DNA from: Bacteroidota bacterium | GTDB taxonomy: Bacteria; Bacteroidota; Bacteroidia; UKL13-3 | DNA: 64,000 bases | Assembly: GCA_027491355.1 (NCBI GenBank) | Contig: JAIXWI010000006.1 | Coordinates: 318-64,317, forward strand | Direction of reading: 5' to 3' | In this document: positions 47,586 to 58,476 of the stretch, in pieces | Position numbering within the stretch: position 1 is the stretch's first letter | Layout: each line of letters begins with the position of its first letter | Notes under the pieces: model-generated | Told to the model about the DNA's origin: nothing | The model's database searches: none | Seen by the model: the letters and a program-made list of their open reading frames with translations, nothing else | Made by a program: the position numbers and the translations under genes

Positions 47586-49181
47586 ATGAGCTTGGTAGAA
47601 GAAATCAATAAACGAAAAACTTTTGCAATCATCAGTCACCCGGATGCTGGTAAAACCACTTTAACAGAGAAGTTTCTATTGTTTGGAGGTGCCATTCAAG
47701 TGGCAGGGGCTGTAAAAAGCAATAAAATCAAAAAAACATCTACCTCCGATTTCATGGAAATTGAAAAGCAAAGGGGAATTTCAGTTGCTACTTCTGTGAT
47801 GGCTTTTGAATACAAAGGGAAACGGATCAATATTTTAGATACTCCAGGTCACAAAGATTTTGCAGAAGATACTTACAGAACTTTAACTGCAGTAGACAGT
47901 GTCATACTTGTTGTAGACAGTGTTAAAGGGGTAGAAGAACAAACAGAAAGACTCATGGAGGTTTGCCGCATGCGCAATACGCCAGTTATTATATTTGTAA
48001 ACAAAATGGATAGAGAGGGAAAAGATCCGTTTGATTTACTTGAAGAATTGGAGCATAAACTGAGCATTTCTACAAGGCCTTTATCATGGCCAATCAACCA
48101 AGGAGCTACATTTAAAGGAGTATATAATTTATACAAGAAATCACTGAATTTATTTGAAACAAATAAAACGCAGTTAGCCGATGAAGTAATAGCAATAGCA
48201 GGTTTGGACTCGCCAGAATTGATGCAATATTTGCCTGAAAAAGATGCCATAAAATTAAGGGAAGATGCCGAGTTGATTGAAGGTTTGTATGAGCCTTTTG
48301 ATATAGATTTATACCAAAGTGGTTTATTGGCTCCAGTTTTTTTTGGAAGTGCTATCAATAATTTTGGTATTCAAGAGTTGCTGGAAACTTTTTTAGACAT
48401 TGCACCCAGTCCAATGAGTCGTCCGGCAATTGAAAGAGAGGTAAAAGCCAATGAAAATGCTTTAACAGGTTTTGTTTTTAAAATCCATGCCAACCTAGAT
48501 CCAAATCACAGAGACCGCATTGCATTTTTAAGAATTTGTTCCGGAAAGTTTGAACGCAATACATTTTATTACCATACTAGAACAGGAAAAAAATTAAAGT
48601 TTGCCAATCCAACTACTTTTATGGCCAATGAGAAAATACTTACAGCCGAAGCTTGGCCTGGTGATGTAATTGGTTTGTATGACAGTGGTAATTTTAAAAT
48701 AGGAGATACCCTAACTGAAGGAGAGCAACTTCAATTTCAAGGTATTCCAAGCTTTTCTCCAGAAATTTTTAAAGAGCTCGAAAACAGAGATCCTTTAAAA
48801 ACCAAACAACTTGAAAAAGGCATTAGTCAGTTAACGGAAGAAGGTGTTGCACAGTTATTCATTCAAGAGCCAGGTCACCGAAAAATTATTGGAACTGTTG
48901 GTGAATTGCAATTTGAAGTAATTCAATTCCGATTGGAACATGAGTATGGTGCTAAATGTGCCTTTGTACCCATGAAATATTACAAAGCATTTTGGATTGC
49001 TTGTAAAGACAAAAAAATGCTCGAACAATTTATGCATAGAAAAGCACATGCCATTGCCAAAGACAAAGAAGGCAATCCTGTATTTTTAGCAGAATCTGAG
49101 TGGAATGTTACGTATGCTAAAACTGATTTTCCTGAAATTGAATTCCATACCATTTCAGAGACATCAGGTAGGAGTAAATAA
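47586..49181 (+). CDS. prfC: Peptide chain release factor 3
   Basis: [26 protein letters not shown]; TACTTTTG -7 box at about 47552. Start moved to MSLVEE. Confidence 0.97.
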   Translation: MSLVEEINKRKTFAIISHPDAGKTTLTEKFLLFGGAIQVAGAVKSNKIKKTSTSDFMEIEKQRGISVATSVMAFEYKGKRINILDTPGHKDFAEDTYRTLTAVDSVILVVDSVKGVEEQTERLMEVCRMRNTPVIIFVNKMDREGKDPFDLLEELEHKLSISTRPLSWPINQGATFKGVYNLYKKSLNLFETNKTQLADEVIAIAGLDSPELMQYLPEKDAIKLREDAELIEGLYEPFDIDLYQSGLLAPVFFGSAINNFGIQELLETFLDIAPSPMSRPAIEREVKANENALTGFVFKIHANLDPNHRDRIAFLRICSGKFERNTFYYHTRTGKKLKFANPTTFMANEKILTAEAWPGDVIGLYDSGNFKIGDTLTEGEQLQFQGIPSFSPEIFKELENRDPLKTKQLEKGISQLTEEGVAQLFIQEPGHRKIIGTVGELQFEVIQFRLEHEYGAKCAFVPMKYYKAFWIACKDKKMLEQFMHRKAHAIAKDKEGNPVFLAESEWNVTYAKTDFPEIEFHTISETSGRSK

Positions 49182-49184
49182 AAT

Positions 49185-49907
49185 TTACAACTTAGTTTCT
49201 TTCAAAAAGCTTGCTTCGTCAATGAGGCCCATGTGTTCCCAGATTTTTTCGCCATTGTGGTACAATTGTAAGACTGGAATACCATCAATGCCCATTTTTT
49301 GAAGCAAGGCAGGATTCAAATCAGCATCAATTTTAACCAATTTGAGTTTGTCGCTTTTTTGAGCACTTATTTTTTCTACCATTGGTCCAATTTGTTTGCA
49401 AGGCTTACACCACACTGCAAAAAAGTCTACCAATACGTATTCTTTTTCTTTTACTAATTCCGCAAAGCGTTCGCTGCTCATGCCTTGGTCTGCTGATGTA
49501 TTACTTGCCCCTGCAGATTCAAGTGGTAAACCTTCTGCGTTCCATTTTAGAATACCAGGCATTTCATAAATGGTTTTGAAATTTTTTGTACGCATCATGC
49601 TTGCTGCATTCCCGCTTCTGCCACCAGACAAACAATACACCAATACAGGTTCTTCTTTGTTCAATTCGTTCAGTTTTGCTTCAAATCCATCTTGGTTAAT
49701 GTCAATATTTTTGGCTCCTTTGATATGACCTTCATTGAATTCTTCTGCTGTTCTCACATCTATTAATTGTGCATTTGGATGTTCTGTTAAGTATTGATTG
49801 AATTCTTTTGGACTCAATTTACCTCCAGCAGTATTTTGTTTGTTTTGACAAGATACCCATATCGTGCTTACTAAAAGCACTAGCATTGAAAATAGATATT
49901 TTTTCAT
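49185..49907 (-). CDS. Lipoprotein with rhodanese and thioredoxin domains
   Basis: Lipobox WVSC; IDVRT...YCLSGGRS; WCKPC. Start moved to MKKYLF. Confidence 0.88.
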   Translation of the reverse strand: MKKYLFSMLVLLVSTIWVSCQNKQNTAGGKLSPKEFNQYLTEHPNAQLIDVRTAEEFNEGHIKGAKNIDINQDGFEAKLNELNKEEPVLVYCLSGGRSGNAASMMRTKNFKTIYEMPGILKWNAEGLPLESAGASNTSADQGMSSERFAELVKEKEYVLVDFFAVWCKPCKQIGPMVEKISAQKSDKLKLVKIDADLNPALLQKMGIDGIPVLQLYHNGEKIWEHMGLIDEASFLKETKL

Positions 49908-49945
49908 GTTTGTTTTATTACGAATGTATGATTTTGAATTGCTAT

Positions 49946-50245
49946 TTAACAAAAAGAGGTTAATAATTGTTTGAGTTGCGCTTGCTGAACAACTCCTGAC
50001 TGCCTCCATTTAATTTTTCCATTTTTAAAAATAATGAGAGTTGGTACACCTTGAACTTGGTATGCTTGTGCAGCTGAAGGGTTTTTATCTACATCAATTT
50101 TGAGGATACGCACTTGCTCTCCCATTTCTTTCGCTAATTCCTGTAAAATTGGTGACATCATTTTACAGGGTCCACACCAAGTTGCAAAAAAATCTACCAA
50201 TACAGGTTGATCAGACTGAATGATTTGATGAAAATTCATACCCAT
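49946..50245 (-). CDS. trxA: Thioredoxin
   Basis: VLVDFFATWCGPCK; start TAATG-coupled to the upstream rhodanese. Confidence 0.9.
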   Translation of the reverse strand: MGMNFHQIIQSDQPVLVDFFATWCGPCKMMSPILQELAKEMGEQVRILKIDVDKNPSAAQAYQVQGVPTLIIFKNGKIKWRQSGVVQQAQLKQLLTSFC

Positions 50246-50562
50246 TATTTTTCTAAATGTGTCAATCTTCTCCAACTGCCTCCATTGTGTACTTTCTCAT
50301 ATCCGGCTTGTTTGAGCATACTTTTTGCGGCAGCACTGCGCATACCAGAAGCGCAACAGGTAATAATAGGTACTTCTTTTTTGGGAAGTTTTTTTAGGTT
50401 TGCTTGGAGTTGGTCTACTGGAATATTGATGGCATTTTTAAGGTGACCACCTTGAAATTCAGCTTTGCTGCGAACATCTACTATGATGGCTCCTTCGCTA
50501 ACCAATTCTTGTAAGTCCACCTTGGGTCCAAAACCCAATAACTGTCTAAGGCTGTTAATCAT
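50245..50562 (-). CDS. Rhodanese-like domain protein
   Basis: IVDVRS...GH...INIP, CCASGMRS. Confidence 0.9.
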   Translation of the reverse strand: MINSLRQLLGFGPKVDLQELVSEGAIIVDVRSKAEFQGGHLKNAINIPVDQLQANLKKLPKKEVPIITCCASGMRSAAAKSMLKQAGYEKVHNGGSWRRLTHLEK

Positions 50563-50565
50563 GTT

Positions 50566-50847
50566 TTAATTATTTAATAAATAGTTGACTTGTGTCCATG
50601 GACCACCATTGATGCAATCAATGTCAAGGTCACTTAAAAATTGTGTTGCTTGACCACTTCTACCACCCGAAGCACAACATAAAACAATTTTGGAGGAGTT
50701 GTTTTTTAATTCATCAATCCTTTCTGGAATTTCATTTAAGGGAATGTTGATGCTACCAACCACATGTCCGCCCAAGAATTCCTCAGGAGTTCGCACATCA
50801 ATTATGGTTTTGTTTGCTGCTTTTAGCGCATTGATTAAGTCTTCCAT
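50566..50847 (-). CDS. Rhodanese-like domain protein
   Basis: IIDVRTPEEF...GHVVGSINIP, CCASGGRS. Confidence 0.9.
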   Translation of the reverse strand: MEDLINALKAANKTIIDVRTPEEFLGGHVVGSINIPLNEIPERIDELKNNSSKIVLCCASGGRSGQATQFLSDLDIDCINGGPWTQVNYLLNN

Positions 50848-50869
50848 TGTATTAAATTATTATTGGATA

Positions 50870-50913
50870 CAAAGGTAATTAGTAAAAAACTTTAGTAAGG
50901 GAACATTTGTTCC
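50870..50913 (-). promoter_or_regulatory. -7 box TACCTTTG with upstream palindrome GGAACA-TT-TGTTCC
   Basis: -7 box at 50870-50877; perfect 6-bp inverted repeat at 50900-50913. Confidence 0.6.
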
Positions 50914-50915
50914 GT

Positions 50916-51164
50916 TTAGCGTTTGTTTTTGAGTACACCAACTTGCTCAAACTTGTCAAATACAGTTGGTAAATGTGGAGCTTGTTTTATTTCTTCGGTT
51001 AAATCTTGACCCGCCCAATGCTCATAATGTTTTCCGTTTCGCCATAACCTACTTTTGCTAACATCATAAATTTTACCTTCATAAGCGACCCATATCTCTG
51101 GCTTGTCTTGTCCATTTCTCAGTGCCAATTGTGCACTTGTAAATTCTTCAAATGCATGTGCCAT
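50916..51164 (-). CDS. Cytochrome b5-like heme/steroid-binding protein
   Basis: FTSAQLALRNG...WVAYEGKIYDVS...HWAGQDLT...APH. Confidence 0.85.
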   Translation of the reverse strand: MAHAFEEFTSAQLALRNGQDKPEIWVAYEGKIYDVSKSRLWRNGKHYEHWAGQDLTEEIKQAPHLPTVFDKFEQVGVLKNKR

Positions 51165-52367
51165 TTATTTTTTAAATTTAGGTTTAAATGGTTTTCTTTT
51201 GAATACATGTCTGACGCTTGGGTCGTATACTGGAGATTGACCCAATACTTCAGGTACATTTCTTTTAGGAATGACACGTTCAATTAATTTTTCTATGGCA
51301 TCAAATCGTTTTTGGTCCTTGTCATTGATAAATGTAATGGCTGTACCTTTGGTATTGGTACCTCGTGCTGTTCGGCCTATTCTATGCACATAATCTTCTG
51401 GATCTGGTGGTACATCAAAATTCAACACCAACTCAATGTCATCCACATCAATACCCCTTGATAAAATATCGGTTCCAATTAAAGTATTTAGCTTTTTGTT
51501 TTTAAAATCATTCATGATTGTTTCTCGCTCGTCTTGTTCTAGGTCAGAGTGGAATGATTTACAGCGAAGCCCTAATTTTTTCAATTCGTGCTGTAAACTT
51601 TTAACCTTTTCTTTGGTAGAAGCAAAAAGAATCATGCTCTCAAATTTATTTTCTGCTAAAATATGCTCAAGTAATTTTATTTTTTGACCATCATAACACA
51701 AATAAGCAATTTGATCAATACCCTCAGCAGGTTTTGAAATAGCAATATTAATTTGAGCAGGATTGTTTAAAATTTTACCTGTAAGTTGCCTAATTTTTGG
51801 TGGCATGGTAGCAGAAAACAGTAATGTTTGCCTGTTAGCTGGAAGTTTATTGATGATCTTAATCAAATCATCGTAAAAGCCCATATCTAGCATTTTATCA
51901 GCTTCATCTAGCACCAAATGCTGCAGCCCATCAAATTTAATTTCACCACTTATTAATTGAGATATTAACCTGCCTGGAGTAGCTACAATGATATCAGCAC
52001 CTTTAACTAAAGCTTTCTTTTGTTGCTCGTAACTGAAACCATCTCCTCCACCATAAATTGCAGTAGCACTCACGTTTACAAAATAACTGAAACCTTGAAG
52101 TTGCTGGTCTATTTGAAGGGCAAGCTCTCGGGTTGGAACCAAAATAAGTGTATTAACGCCTTTGTGTTGACTGATGATAATTTTGTTTAATATAGGCAAT
52201 AAATAAGCAGCCGTTTTCCCTGTTCCAGTTTGTGCACAAGCAATTAAGTCTTTGTTGTCAAGAATAACTGGAATGGCTTGCTCTTGAATGGGTGTAGGTT
52301 GGTTAAACCCCATAGCGTCTAGCCCGTCTAAGAGCTCGTATTCTAAATAGAAATCGTCAAATGTCAA
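51165..52367 (-). CDS. DEAD-box RNA helicase
   Basis: Q motif PTPIQ, AQTGTGKT, DEAD, SAT, HRIGRTAR. Confidence 0.95.
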   Translation of the reverse strand: MTFDDFYLEYELLDGLDAMGFNQPTPIQEQAIPVILDNKDLIACAQTGTGKTAAYLLPILNKIIISQHKGVNTLILVPTRELALQIDQQLQGFSYFVNVSATAIYGGGDGFSYEQQKKALVKGADIIVATPGRLISQLISGEIKFDGLQHLVLDEADKMLDMGFYDDLIKIINKLPANRQTLLFSATMPPKIRQLTGKILNNPAQINIAISKPAEGIDQIAYLCYDGQKIKLLEHILAENKFESMILFASTKEKVKSLQHELKKLGLRCKSFHSDLEQDERETIMNDFKNKKLNTLIGTDILSRGIDVDDIELVLNFDVPPDPEDYVHRIGRTARGTNTKGTAITFINDKDQKRFDAIEKLIERVIPKRNVPEVLGQSPVYDPSVRHVFKRKPFKPKFKK

Positions 52368-52412
52368 ATTGGTTTGGATTGAATGAGTAAATGTTATCCA
52401 AATGTATTGAAT

Positions 52413-53420
52413 TTATTGCGCAATCGCTGCATTGAACCAATTTTGGGTAATCAGGTATTCAGCTATTTGAACGGCATTGGTAGCTGCTCCTTTTCTTAAA
52501 TTATCAGCCACAATCCATAAATTCAAAGCATTCTCCATTGATTCGTCTCTTCGGATTCTGCCAACAAATACATCGTCTTTTTGGTGTGAAAGCAAAGGCA
52601 TTGGATAAATACCTTTTTCGGGTTCATCTAATACAGTAATGCCCTTAGTGTTTTTAAGTATTTGGCTTATATCATCTAAATGATAAGTATTGCCAAAAGT
52701 TACATTCACACTTTCGCTATGGCCACCAACAGTTGGTATTCTAACACATGTTGCAGTTAATGCAATGGAGTCATCTTGCATAATTTTTTTGGTTTCATTC
52801 ACCATTTTCATTTCTTCTTTGGTGTAGCCGTTGGGCATGAAAACGTCTATTTGCGGAATTGCATTTTGGTCTATTGGATAGGCATAGGCCATTTCTCCCT
52901 TGATGCCCTTTCTTTCATTTTCCATCTGTTGAACAGCTTTTACACCAGTACCAGTAACACTTTGGTAGGTGCTCACTACTATTCTTTTGATTTGGTATTT
53001 TAAATGCAGCGGATAAAGTGCCAATACCATTTGTATGGTTGAACAATTTGGGTTGGCAATGATTTTATCTTTTAGCCCCAATAAATGTGCATTGATTTCT
53101 GGCACAATTAACTTTTTAGTGGGGTCCATTCTCCAAGCTGAAGAATTGTCTATGACAAAACAATTAGCAGCTGCAAATTTAGGTGCCCATTCCAATGAAG
53201 TTGCACCTCCAGCTGAAAACAATGCTATATGCGGCCTGGCATCTATAGCAGCCTGAAGACCAACTACTGTAATTGCTTTTCCCTTGAATTGAATGGTTTT
53301 TCCTACCGATTGCTCAGATGCAACCAGGATTAAATTATCAACCGGGAAATTTCTTTCTTCAAGTAAGCTTAACATGACACTACCTACTAAACCAGTAGCA
53401 CCTACAACTGCAACTTTCAT
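52413..53420 (-). CDS. asd: Aspartate-semialdehyde dehydrogenase
   Basis: VGATGLVG, IIANPNCST, DNLRKGAATNAVQIAE. Confidence 0.97.
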   Translation of the reverse strand: MKVAVVGATGLVGSVMLSLLEERNFPVDNLILVASEQSVGKTIQFKGKAITVVGLQAAIDARPHIALFSAGGATSLEWAPKFAAANCFVIDNSSAWRMDPTKKLIVPEINAHLLGLKDKIIANPNCSTIQMVLALYPLHLKYQIKRIVVSTYQSVTGTGVKAVQQMENERKGIKGEMAYAYPIDQNAIPQIDVFMPNGYTKEEMKMVNETKKIMQDDSIALTATCVRIPTVGGHSESVNVTFGNTYHLDDISQILKNTKGITVLDEPEKGIYPMPLLSHQKDDVFVGRIRRDESMENALNLWIVADNLRKGAATNAVQIAEYLITQNWFNAAIAQ

Positions 53421-53509
53421 TCTTTTTTTGATGCAAAATTAAGGCATCGTCAGCAAACTAAAAACCACTTTACAAATTCGTTGTAACTTAAAAGTTTAAA
53501 GATTGAAAT

Positions 53510-56500
53510 ATGATATTAAATCAGTTGAAATTTGGTTTTTTAATGAGCTTATTCACGCTTCAAATTGCAGTAAAAGCTCAGGTTTACGAGCCTTTCAACC
53601 AAACTGTTCATCAGTTAAAAAGCAAGTGGAATTTTACAGATTCATGTTTTTGGGTAAACCCTAAAAACCAATTACAATCTCAGGTTTTGGCAAAAAATAT
53701 ATCAGAAATTTATGCCAATATTTTTATCTCTTCAGGTCTACAATCAAATCAATGGAGCAGTTCAATTGCTTTTGATTTCAATCCAAGTTCACAAAATCAA
53801 GTTAGGTTTTATTTGTATGCAGATTCAATGAATTTCAGCAAATCAACCAATGCTTTGTTCATACAATTTGGTGGCATCAATGGAACGGATGATCTGATAG
53901 AATTGGTTCAAATAAATGAAAATTCAAAACAAGTTTTAGCAAGTAGCTTACCTGGTTTTGTTAAATCAAATAACAATCAGTTCAGGTTTAAATGCACAGT
54001 AGATTCTATTCAGCAATTAACATTAGCAATAGATACTGTTAGTTTTTCTAGGTACAATCAAATTTTCAAGTGTTCAGTATCAACAATTCCTTCTAATTTT
54101 TATACGGGCTATTGGTTTAAATTTACTTCGAGTAACGCCAATCGTTTAATACTAGATGATTTTTATTATGGAAAAGAGCTTATCAATACTCAACAAGTAA
54201 AACTTGTCAGCTCAGCACTGGTCAGTGATAGTTGTTTACAGTTTACTTGGGATGGTGCTATAGATACTTCAAATTTTATCCAAAAAATGACTTGTGATTT
54301 TGGTGCTGCAAGTTACTGTATGTTTAGTTCAACACATCAAACAGTTGCTATCTTCTTTAATCATCAGCTCTCTAAAATTGCTGCTTTTGAAATTTGTTTG
54401 GAGGGCTTGTATTCAAACCAAGGAAAGACAATTACTGATACCTGTTTAAGCTGGAATCAATACAATATAAATACCCTCGATATCAGGTTTTCTGAGTTAA
54501 TGATAGACCCAGATCCTGTGATAGGCCTTCCTAATGCTGAATTTATAGAGTTATACAACCAAACAGACTATGCTTTCAATTTAAATCGATTCCTTGTAAC
54601 AGATTTACATACAGCTGCTGAACTAGGAAATTATATTTTATATCCTCATACTTTCGTTGTGATTTGCGCAAAGAAAGACAGTGCAAAGTTTGATGGTATT
54701 CCTTTACACTGCGTACCTAGTTTGCCCAGTTTAAACAATTTATCAGATACTTTGGAATTATACAGTAAGCATCAACTACTTTTAGATCAAGTAAATTACA
54801 ATACCAATTGGTACCATTGTAATCCTATTCCAAATGGTGGTAGAAGTTTGTGTTTGATCAATGCCAACAGCAATTGTTTACCAATAGAAAATTGGCGAGC
54901 ATCTGGAGATTCAAGTGGAGGAAGTCCAGGTTTTTCTGGCGTTTATTGGAATACTTCTATTGATACAATGAAGCTAGAATTGCTTCAGTTTACAGCTCTA
55001 GACTCCATTCATCTCTTATTGGTTTTTAACAAAGCGCTTTTATCTATTGATTTCAATTCAGTTGGTTTACAAACAAGGTTAATTTGGCAATCATTAGGGG
55101 GAGATAGTTTTTTATTTTCAACAGATCCATTGAATGCCAATCAAACGTTTAGCTTTCAATTGAGCCGAACATGTGCCTGTAACTACAATTGTTTAGATAC
55201 GGCCTTTAATTATAGTTATGTACCTCTTAAAAATGCATTTTACAACGATTTGGTTTTTTCTGAGTTACTTTTTGAACCGATTGCCAATGCGCCAACTCAA
55301 GAATTTATTGAGTTGTATAACAAGAGTCAATTCAGGATTCAATTATCGGGCTATCAAATTTGCAAGGGCAATCAATGCATCGTTCTGCCATTTTATGAAT
55401 GGTATCCTGATAGTTTTGTTGTTCTGACAAAAACCCCAATTTTAGGTCTTAAAAACCAATTAGTGCTACCTAAACTCTTTTCATTGAATTTAACTGATAC
55501 ACTGCTTATCAGAAACAAAGAAAATTTACTCGTTTCTTTTCTACCCTACAGTCAAAGTTTTTATCACGATTTGTTTAAACAAACCCAAAAGGGTTGGTCA
55601 GTAGAGTGTATGAATTTAGAGTTGCCATGTAAAGGTCAAGAAAACTGGCATGCCAGTGTCAATGAAAGCAAACATACCGCAGGGTTAAGAAACAGTATGG
55701 TACAGTTTACCGTAGATACCATTGCGCCCCAATTAAATAAGCTTTATCCAATTGATGCGTTTCAATTGCTGCTTGCATTCAATGAGCCTATTGATACAGG
55801 TTTTATTGATGCACAGACACAAATCAGCATCAAAGATCATACAATGAATTGGCATTTTGAAAACAATACACAGACATTGATTTTAGATTTATTTCCCCCC
55901 TTACAGAAGAATAAGTTATATGAACTAACAATCAATCAGCTTCCTGATTGTGTTGGTAATGGCTCAATTGAAACGAGTTACCTATTTGCTTTGCCAGATA
56001 AAATAGATACAGGAGAATTACTGCTCAATGAGGTACTGTTTGATCCCGTTATTGGTGGCTCAGATTTTATAGAGTTATACAATCATAGTGCGCAATACCT
56101 TGATTTGAAATCAGTTTATTTTGGTTTCAAATCAGCACAAGATGCTCAGTTAAAAGAATTATGTACTGTTGCTCCTCAAGGTTATTTGCTTGCTCCAAAT
56201 GACTATGTGATCATAACAACCTCAGATCAATCCAATTTTTTTTCAGAGGTGAATAGCGCTAAACAAGTTTTCATCAACCTGCCCAATCTCTCTAATGATG
56301 GTGGTTGGCTTGAATTACTTACAAAAGAAGGAAATTGTATAGATGCAATGCCCTACAATCAAGCCATGCATTTTCAATTATTGCCTAATTTTGAAGGAGT
56401 AAGCTTAGAACGTTTGTCATTAAATATTTCTGCATCAAATGCTGAAAATTGGTTTTCTGCTTCGGCTCAAGAAAGATATGCTACACCTACTCGAAAGAAT

Positions 56501-56851
56501 TCTATGCGTTTGCTACACCCACCACTTGAAAACCGCATAGCTATTGCTCCTGAAGTTTTCTCACCCGATAATGATGGTTATGATGATTTACTTCAAATTA
56601 ACTACCAGTTCAATCAATTAGAGAGTTTTTCCGAGCTCAGTATCTTTAATTTGCATGGTTTTCGCGTAAAGGATTTTGCCAAATCTTATTGGGGTGGTAG
56701 TCAAGGCTTATGGATTTGGAACGGACTTGACAACGAAAACAATCCATTACCAGAAGGATTTTATGTTGTTAAATTAACAGTATTTATGCCTGATGGCACA
56801 CTGGACATTCATAGAAAAACTTTGGTATTGGCAAGAAGGGATCGTAATTAA
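53510..56851 (+). CDS. Large secreted lamin-tail-domain repeat protein with gliding-motility-associated (T9SS type B) C-terminal domain
   Basis: Three SE/NE-L-x-x-[DE]P...[ED]FIELYN repeats, Ig-like DTIAP segment, C-terminal FSPDNDGYDD...IFN...WNG...GFY. Confidence 0.82.
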   Translation: MILNQLKFGFLMSLFTLQIAVKAQVYEPFNQTVHQLKSKWNFTDSCFWVNPKNQLQSQVLAKNISEIYANIFISSGLQSNQWSSSIAFDFNPSSQNQVRFYLYADSMNFSKSTNALFIQFGGINGTDDLIELVQINENSKQVLASSLPGFVKSNNNQFRFKCTVDSIQQLTLAIDTVSFSRYNQIFKCSVSTIPSNFYTGYWFKFTSSNANRLILDDFYYGKELINTQQVKLVSSALVSDSCLQFTWDGAIDTSNFIQKMTCDFGAASYCMFSSTHQTVAIFFNHQLSKIAAFEICLEGLYSNQGKTITDTCLSWNQYNINTLDIRFSELMIDPDPVIGLPNAEFIELYNQTDYAFNLNRFLVTDLHTAAELGNYILYPHTFVVICAKKDSAKFDGIPLHCVPSLPSLNNLSDTLELYSKHQLLLDQVNYNTNWYHCNPIPNGGRSLCLINANSNCLPIENWRASGDSSGGSPGFSGVYWNTSIDTMKLELLQFTALDSIHLLLVFNKALLSIDFNSVGLQTRLIWQSLGGDSFLFSTDPLNANQTFSFQLSRTCACNYNCLDTAFNYSYVPLKNAFYNDLVFSELLFEPIANAPTQEFIELYNKSQFRIQLSGYQICKGNQCIVLPFYEWYPDSFVVLTKTPILGLKNQLVLPKLFSLNLTDTLLIRNKENLLVSFLPYSQSFYHDLFKQTQKGWSVECMNLELPCKGQENWHASVNESKHTAGLRNSMVQFTVDTIAPQLNKLYPIDAFQLLLAFNEPIDTGFIDAQTQISIKDHTMNWHFENNTQTLILDLFPPLQKNKLYELTINQLPDCVGNGSIETSYLFALPDKIDTGELLLNEVLFDPVIGGSDFIELYNHSAQYLDLKSVYFGFKSAQDAQLKELCTVAPQGYLLAPNDYVIITTSDQSNFFSEVNSAKQVFINLPNLSNDGGWLELLTKEGNCIDAMPYNQAMHFQLLPNFEGVSLERLSLNISASNAENWFSASAQERYATPTRKNSMRLLHPPLENRIAIAPEVFSPDNDGYDDLLQINYQFNQLESFSELSIFNLHGFRVKDFAKSYWGGSQGLWIWNGLDNENNPLPEGFYVVKLTVFMPDGTLDIHRKTLVLARRDRN

Positions 56852-58476
56852 AATTTGGTTTGAACACCCAGTTTTAAAACTTGTAATACAAAAATAAACA
56901 AGCAGATTGCATGGATCATAGATGCATTTTTCCCGTAAAACGAATTGTATGCATGCATGCTCACCTGCGATTCAATAACAGCTGGAACCCACCAGTCTGT
57001 TTGTTGAGTTATTACTCCTTCATCATTGATAAACGCACTAATACCTGTGTTGGCACACCTGACTATGGGTGTTCTGTTTTCTATGGCTCGGAGTTTTGCA
57101 TAATTTAAGTGTTGTCGGAAGCCAGGAGTATTTCCCCACCAACCATCGTTGGTAATGATACAATATAGGTCTGCACCTTTTAATTTGTATGAACTGAAAA
57201 AGTCAGGAAAAACACTTTCATAACAGATAACAGGAGCAATATTAATATGGTGTTTATTGTCAAAAACTTTTGATTCGCCATCAGCTCCCAAACTACCAGA
57301 TGTACCTCCTAAATCAATTGCGAATTGTTCTAAGAAACCAAATACAACAGGGTATGGCATTCGCTCTACTCCAGGAACCATTTTGTTTTTATGGTATACT
57401 TGAATAGGATTGTTTTCCGCTAGCAGTAAAGCGGTATTATAAGCATCAATACATTGCTGTACGCTAGGATAAAACCTTGCAGTAACAGGTTTTTTAATGT
57501 CATTTGGGTCAAATGTTCGGTATGTATCTGCTCCAGTTAATAGCATTAATCCTGGGTGTTTAGATAAAAATTGTTTACATGATTTTATTAAATAATCTTG
57601 TTCCAATTCTTGCTCATATAAGCCTCCCAATAAAGCAGTTTCTGGAAAAACAACCAACTGTGTTTTAGCGTTTAACTTTTTTTCTGCTAACTCAAACATT
57701 TTGTTCAATTGTTCTTGGTACCCTATACCATTGAATTTTTCAGAATAGGGGTCAATGTTTGGCTGAACTATCAATACATTAGCTGTTTTAATAGCGTTAT
57801 TTTTTTTGTAATCCTTAAAGTTTTCTAATATAAAGTATGAGCCCAATATTGGACAAAAAATATAGATGAAGAGGATGTTGAACAAACGGAGTTCTTTACC
57901 AATAAAATTTCCTTCCTTGTACTGCTCAATCCATTTGAATAATTTAGTGTTTACAATTAAAATCAAAAAGCTGCCACCCAATATTCCAGTATATTCATAC
58001 CATTGTACACCATTTGTAAAAGAGCTAAAAACATTGCCCAAAATGAGCCAAGGAAATGCTAGGTCCCAATTGAATTGTAAAATTTCTATGGCTAACCAAG
58101 CAAAAACAAATAGGTTGTAATTGGCACGATTGTTTTTTTTACCCGACAAATGTAATAACAAAACAGGCAGAATCATTGGAAAGCTGTTAATCAAAACTGC
58201 TGCTATAGCCCCACCATTACTTGCATTCCATATCCACCAAATTGTACCTCCGTTCCAGCCAATAAATGCAAGCCAACTGAATATAAACACATCCAAAGTA
58301 GTTCCGCTTGCGTTGTTTCTACATTCTTTTTCCAAAAACAACAAAGGTATAAAGCCTAGATAAGCCAATGGAAAAAAGCCAAAAGGTAAAAAAGAAAATG
58401 TAAACAGCAAACTACTGAGTAAACTGTAAACCGTAAAGCGAAGCTTATTATTTTTGATGGCCAACAACAATGACAA
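56848..58476 (-). CDS. lnt: Apolipoprotein N-acyltransferase
   Basis: TM N-terminus; nitrilase triad FPET, HKNKMVP, ICYES; TNDGWW, ANTGIS. Confidence 0.93.
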   Translation of the reverse strand: MSLLLAIKNNKLRFTVYSLLSSLLFTFSFLPFGFFPLAYLGFIPLLFLEKECRNNASGTTLDVFIFSWLAFIGWNGGTIWWIWNASNGGAIAAVLINSFPMILPVLLLHLSGKKNNRANYNLFVFAWLAIEILQFNWDLAFPWLILGNVFSSFTNGVQWYEYTGILGGSFLILIVNTKLFKWIEQYKEGNFIGKELRLFNILFIYIFCPILGSYFILENFKDYKKNNAIKTANVLIVQPNIDPYSEKFNGIGYQEQLNKMFELAEKKLNAKTQLVVFPETALLGGLYEQELEQDYLIKSCKQFLSKHPGLMLLTGADTYRTFDPNDIKKPVTARFYPSVQQCIDAYNTALLLAENNPIQVYHKNKMVPGVERMPYPVVFGFLEQFAIDLGGTSGSLGADGESKVFDNKHHINIAPVICYESVFPDFFSSYKLKGADLYCIITNDGWWGNTPGFRQHLNYAKLRAIENRTPIVRCANTGISAFINDEGVITQQTDWWVPAVIESQVSMHAYNSFYGKNASMIHAICLFIFVLQVLKLGVQTKF

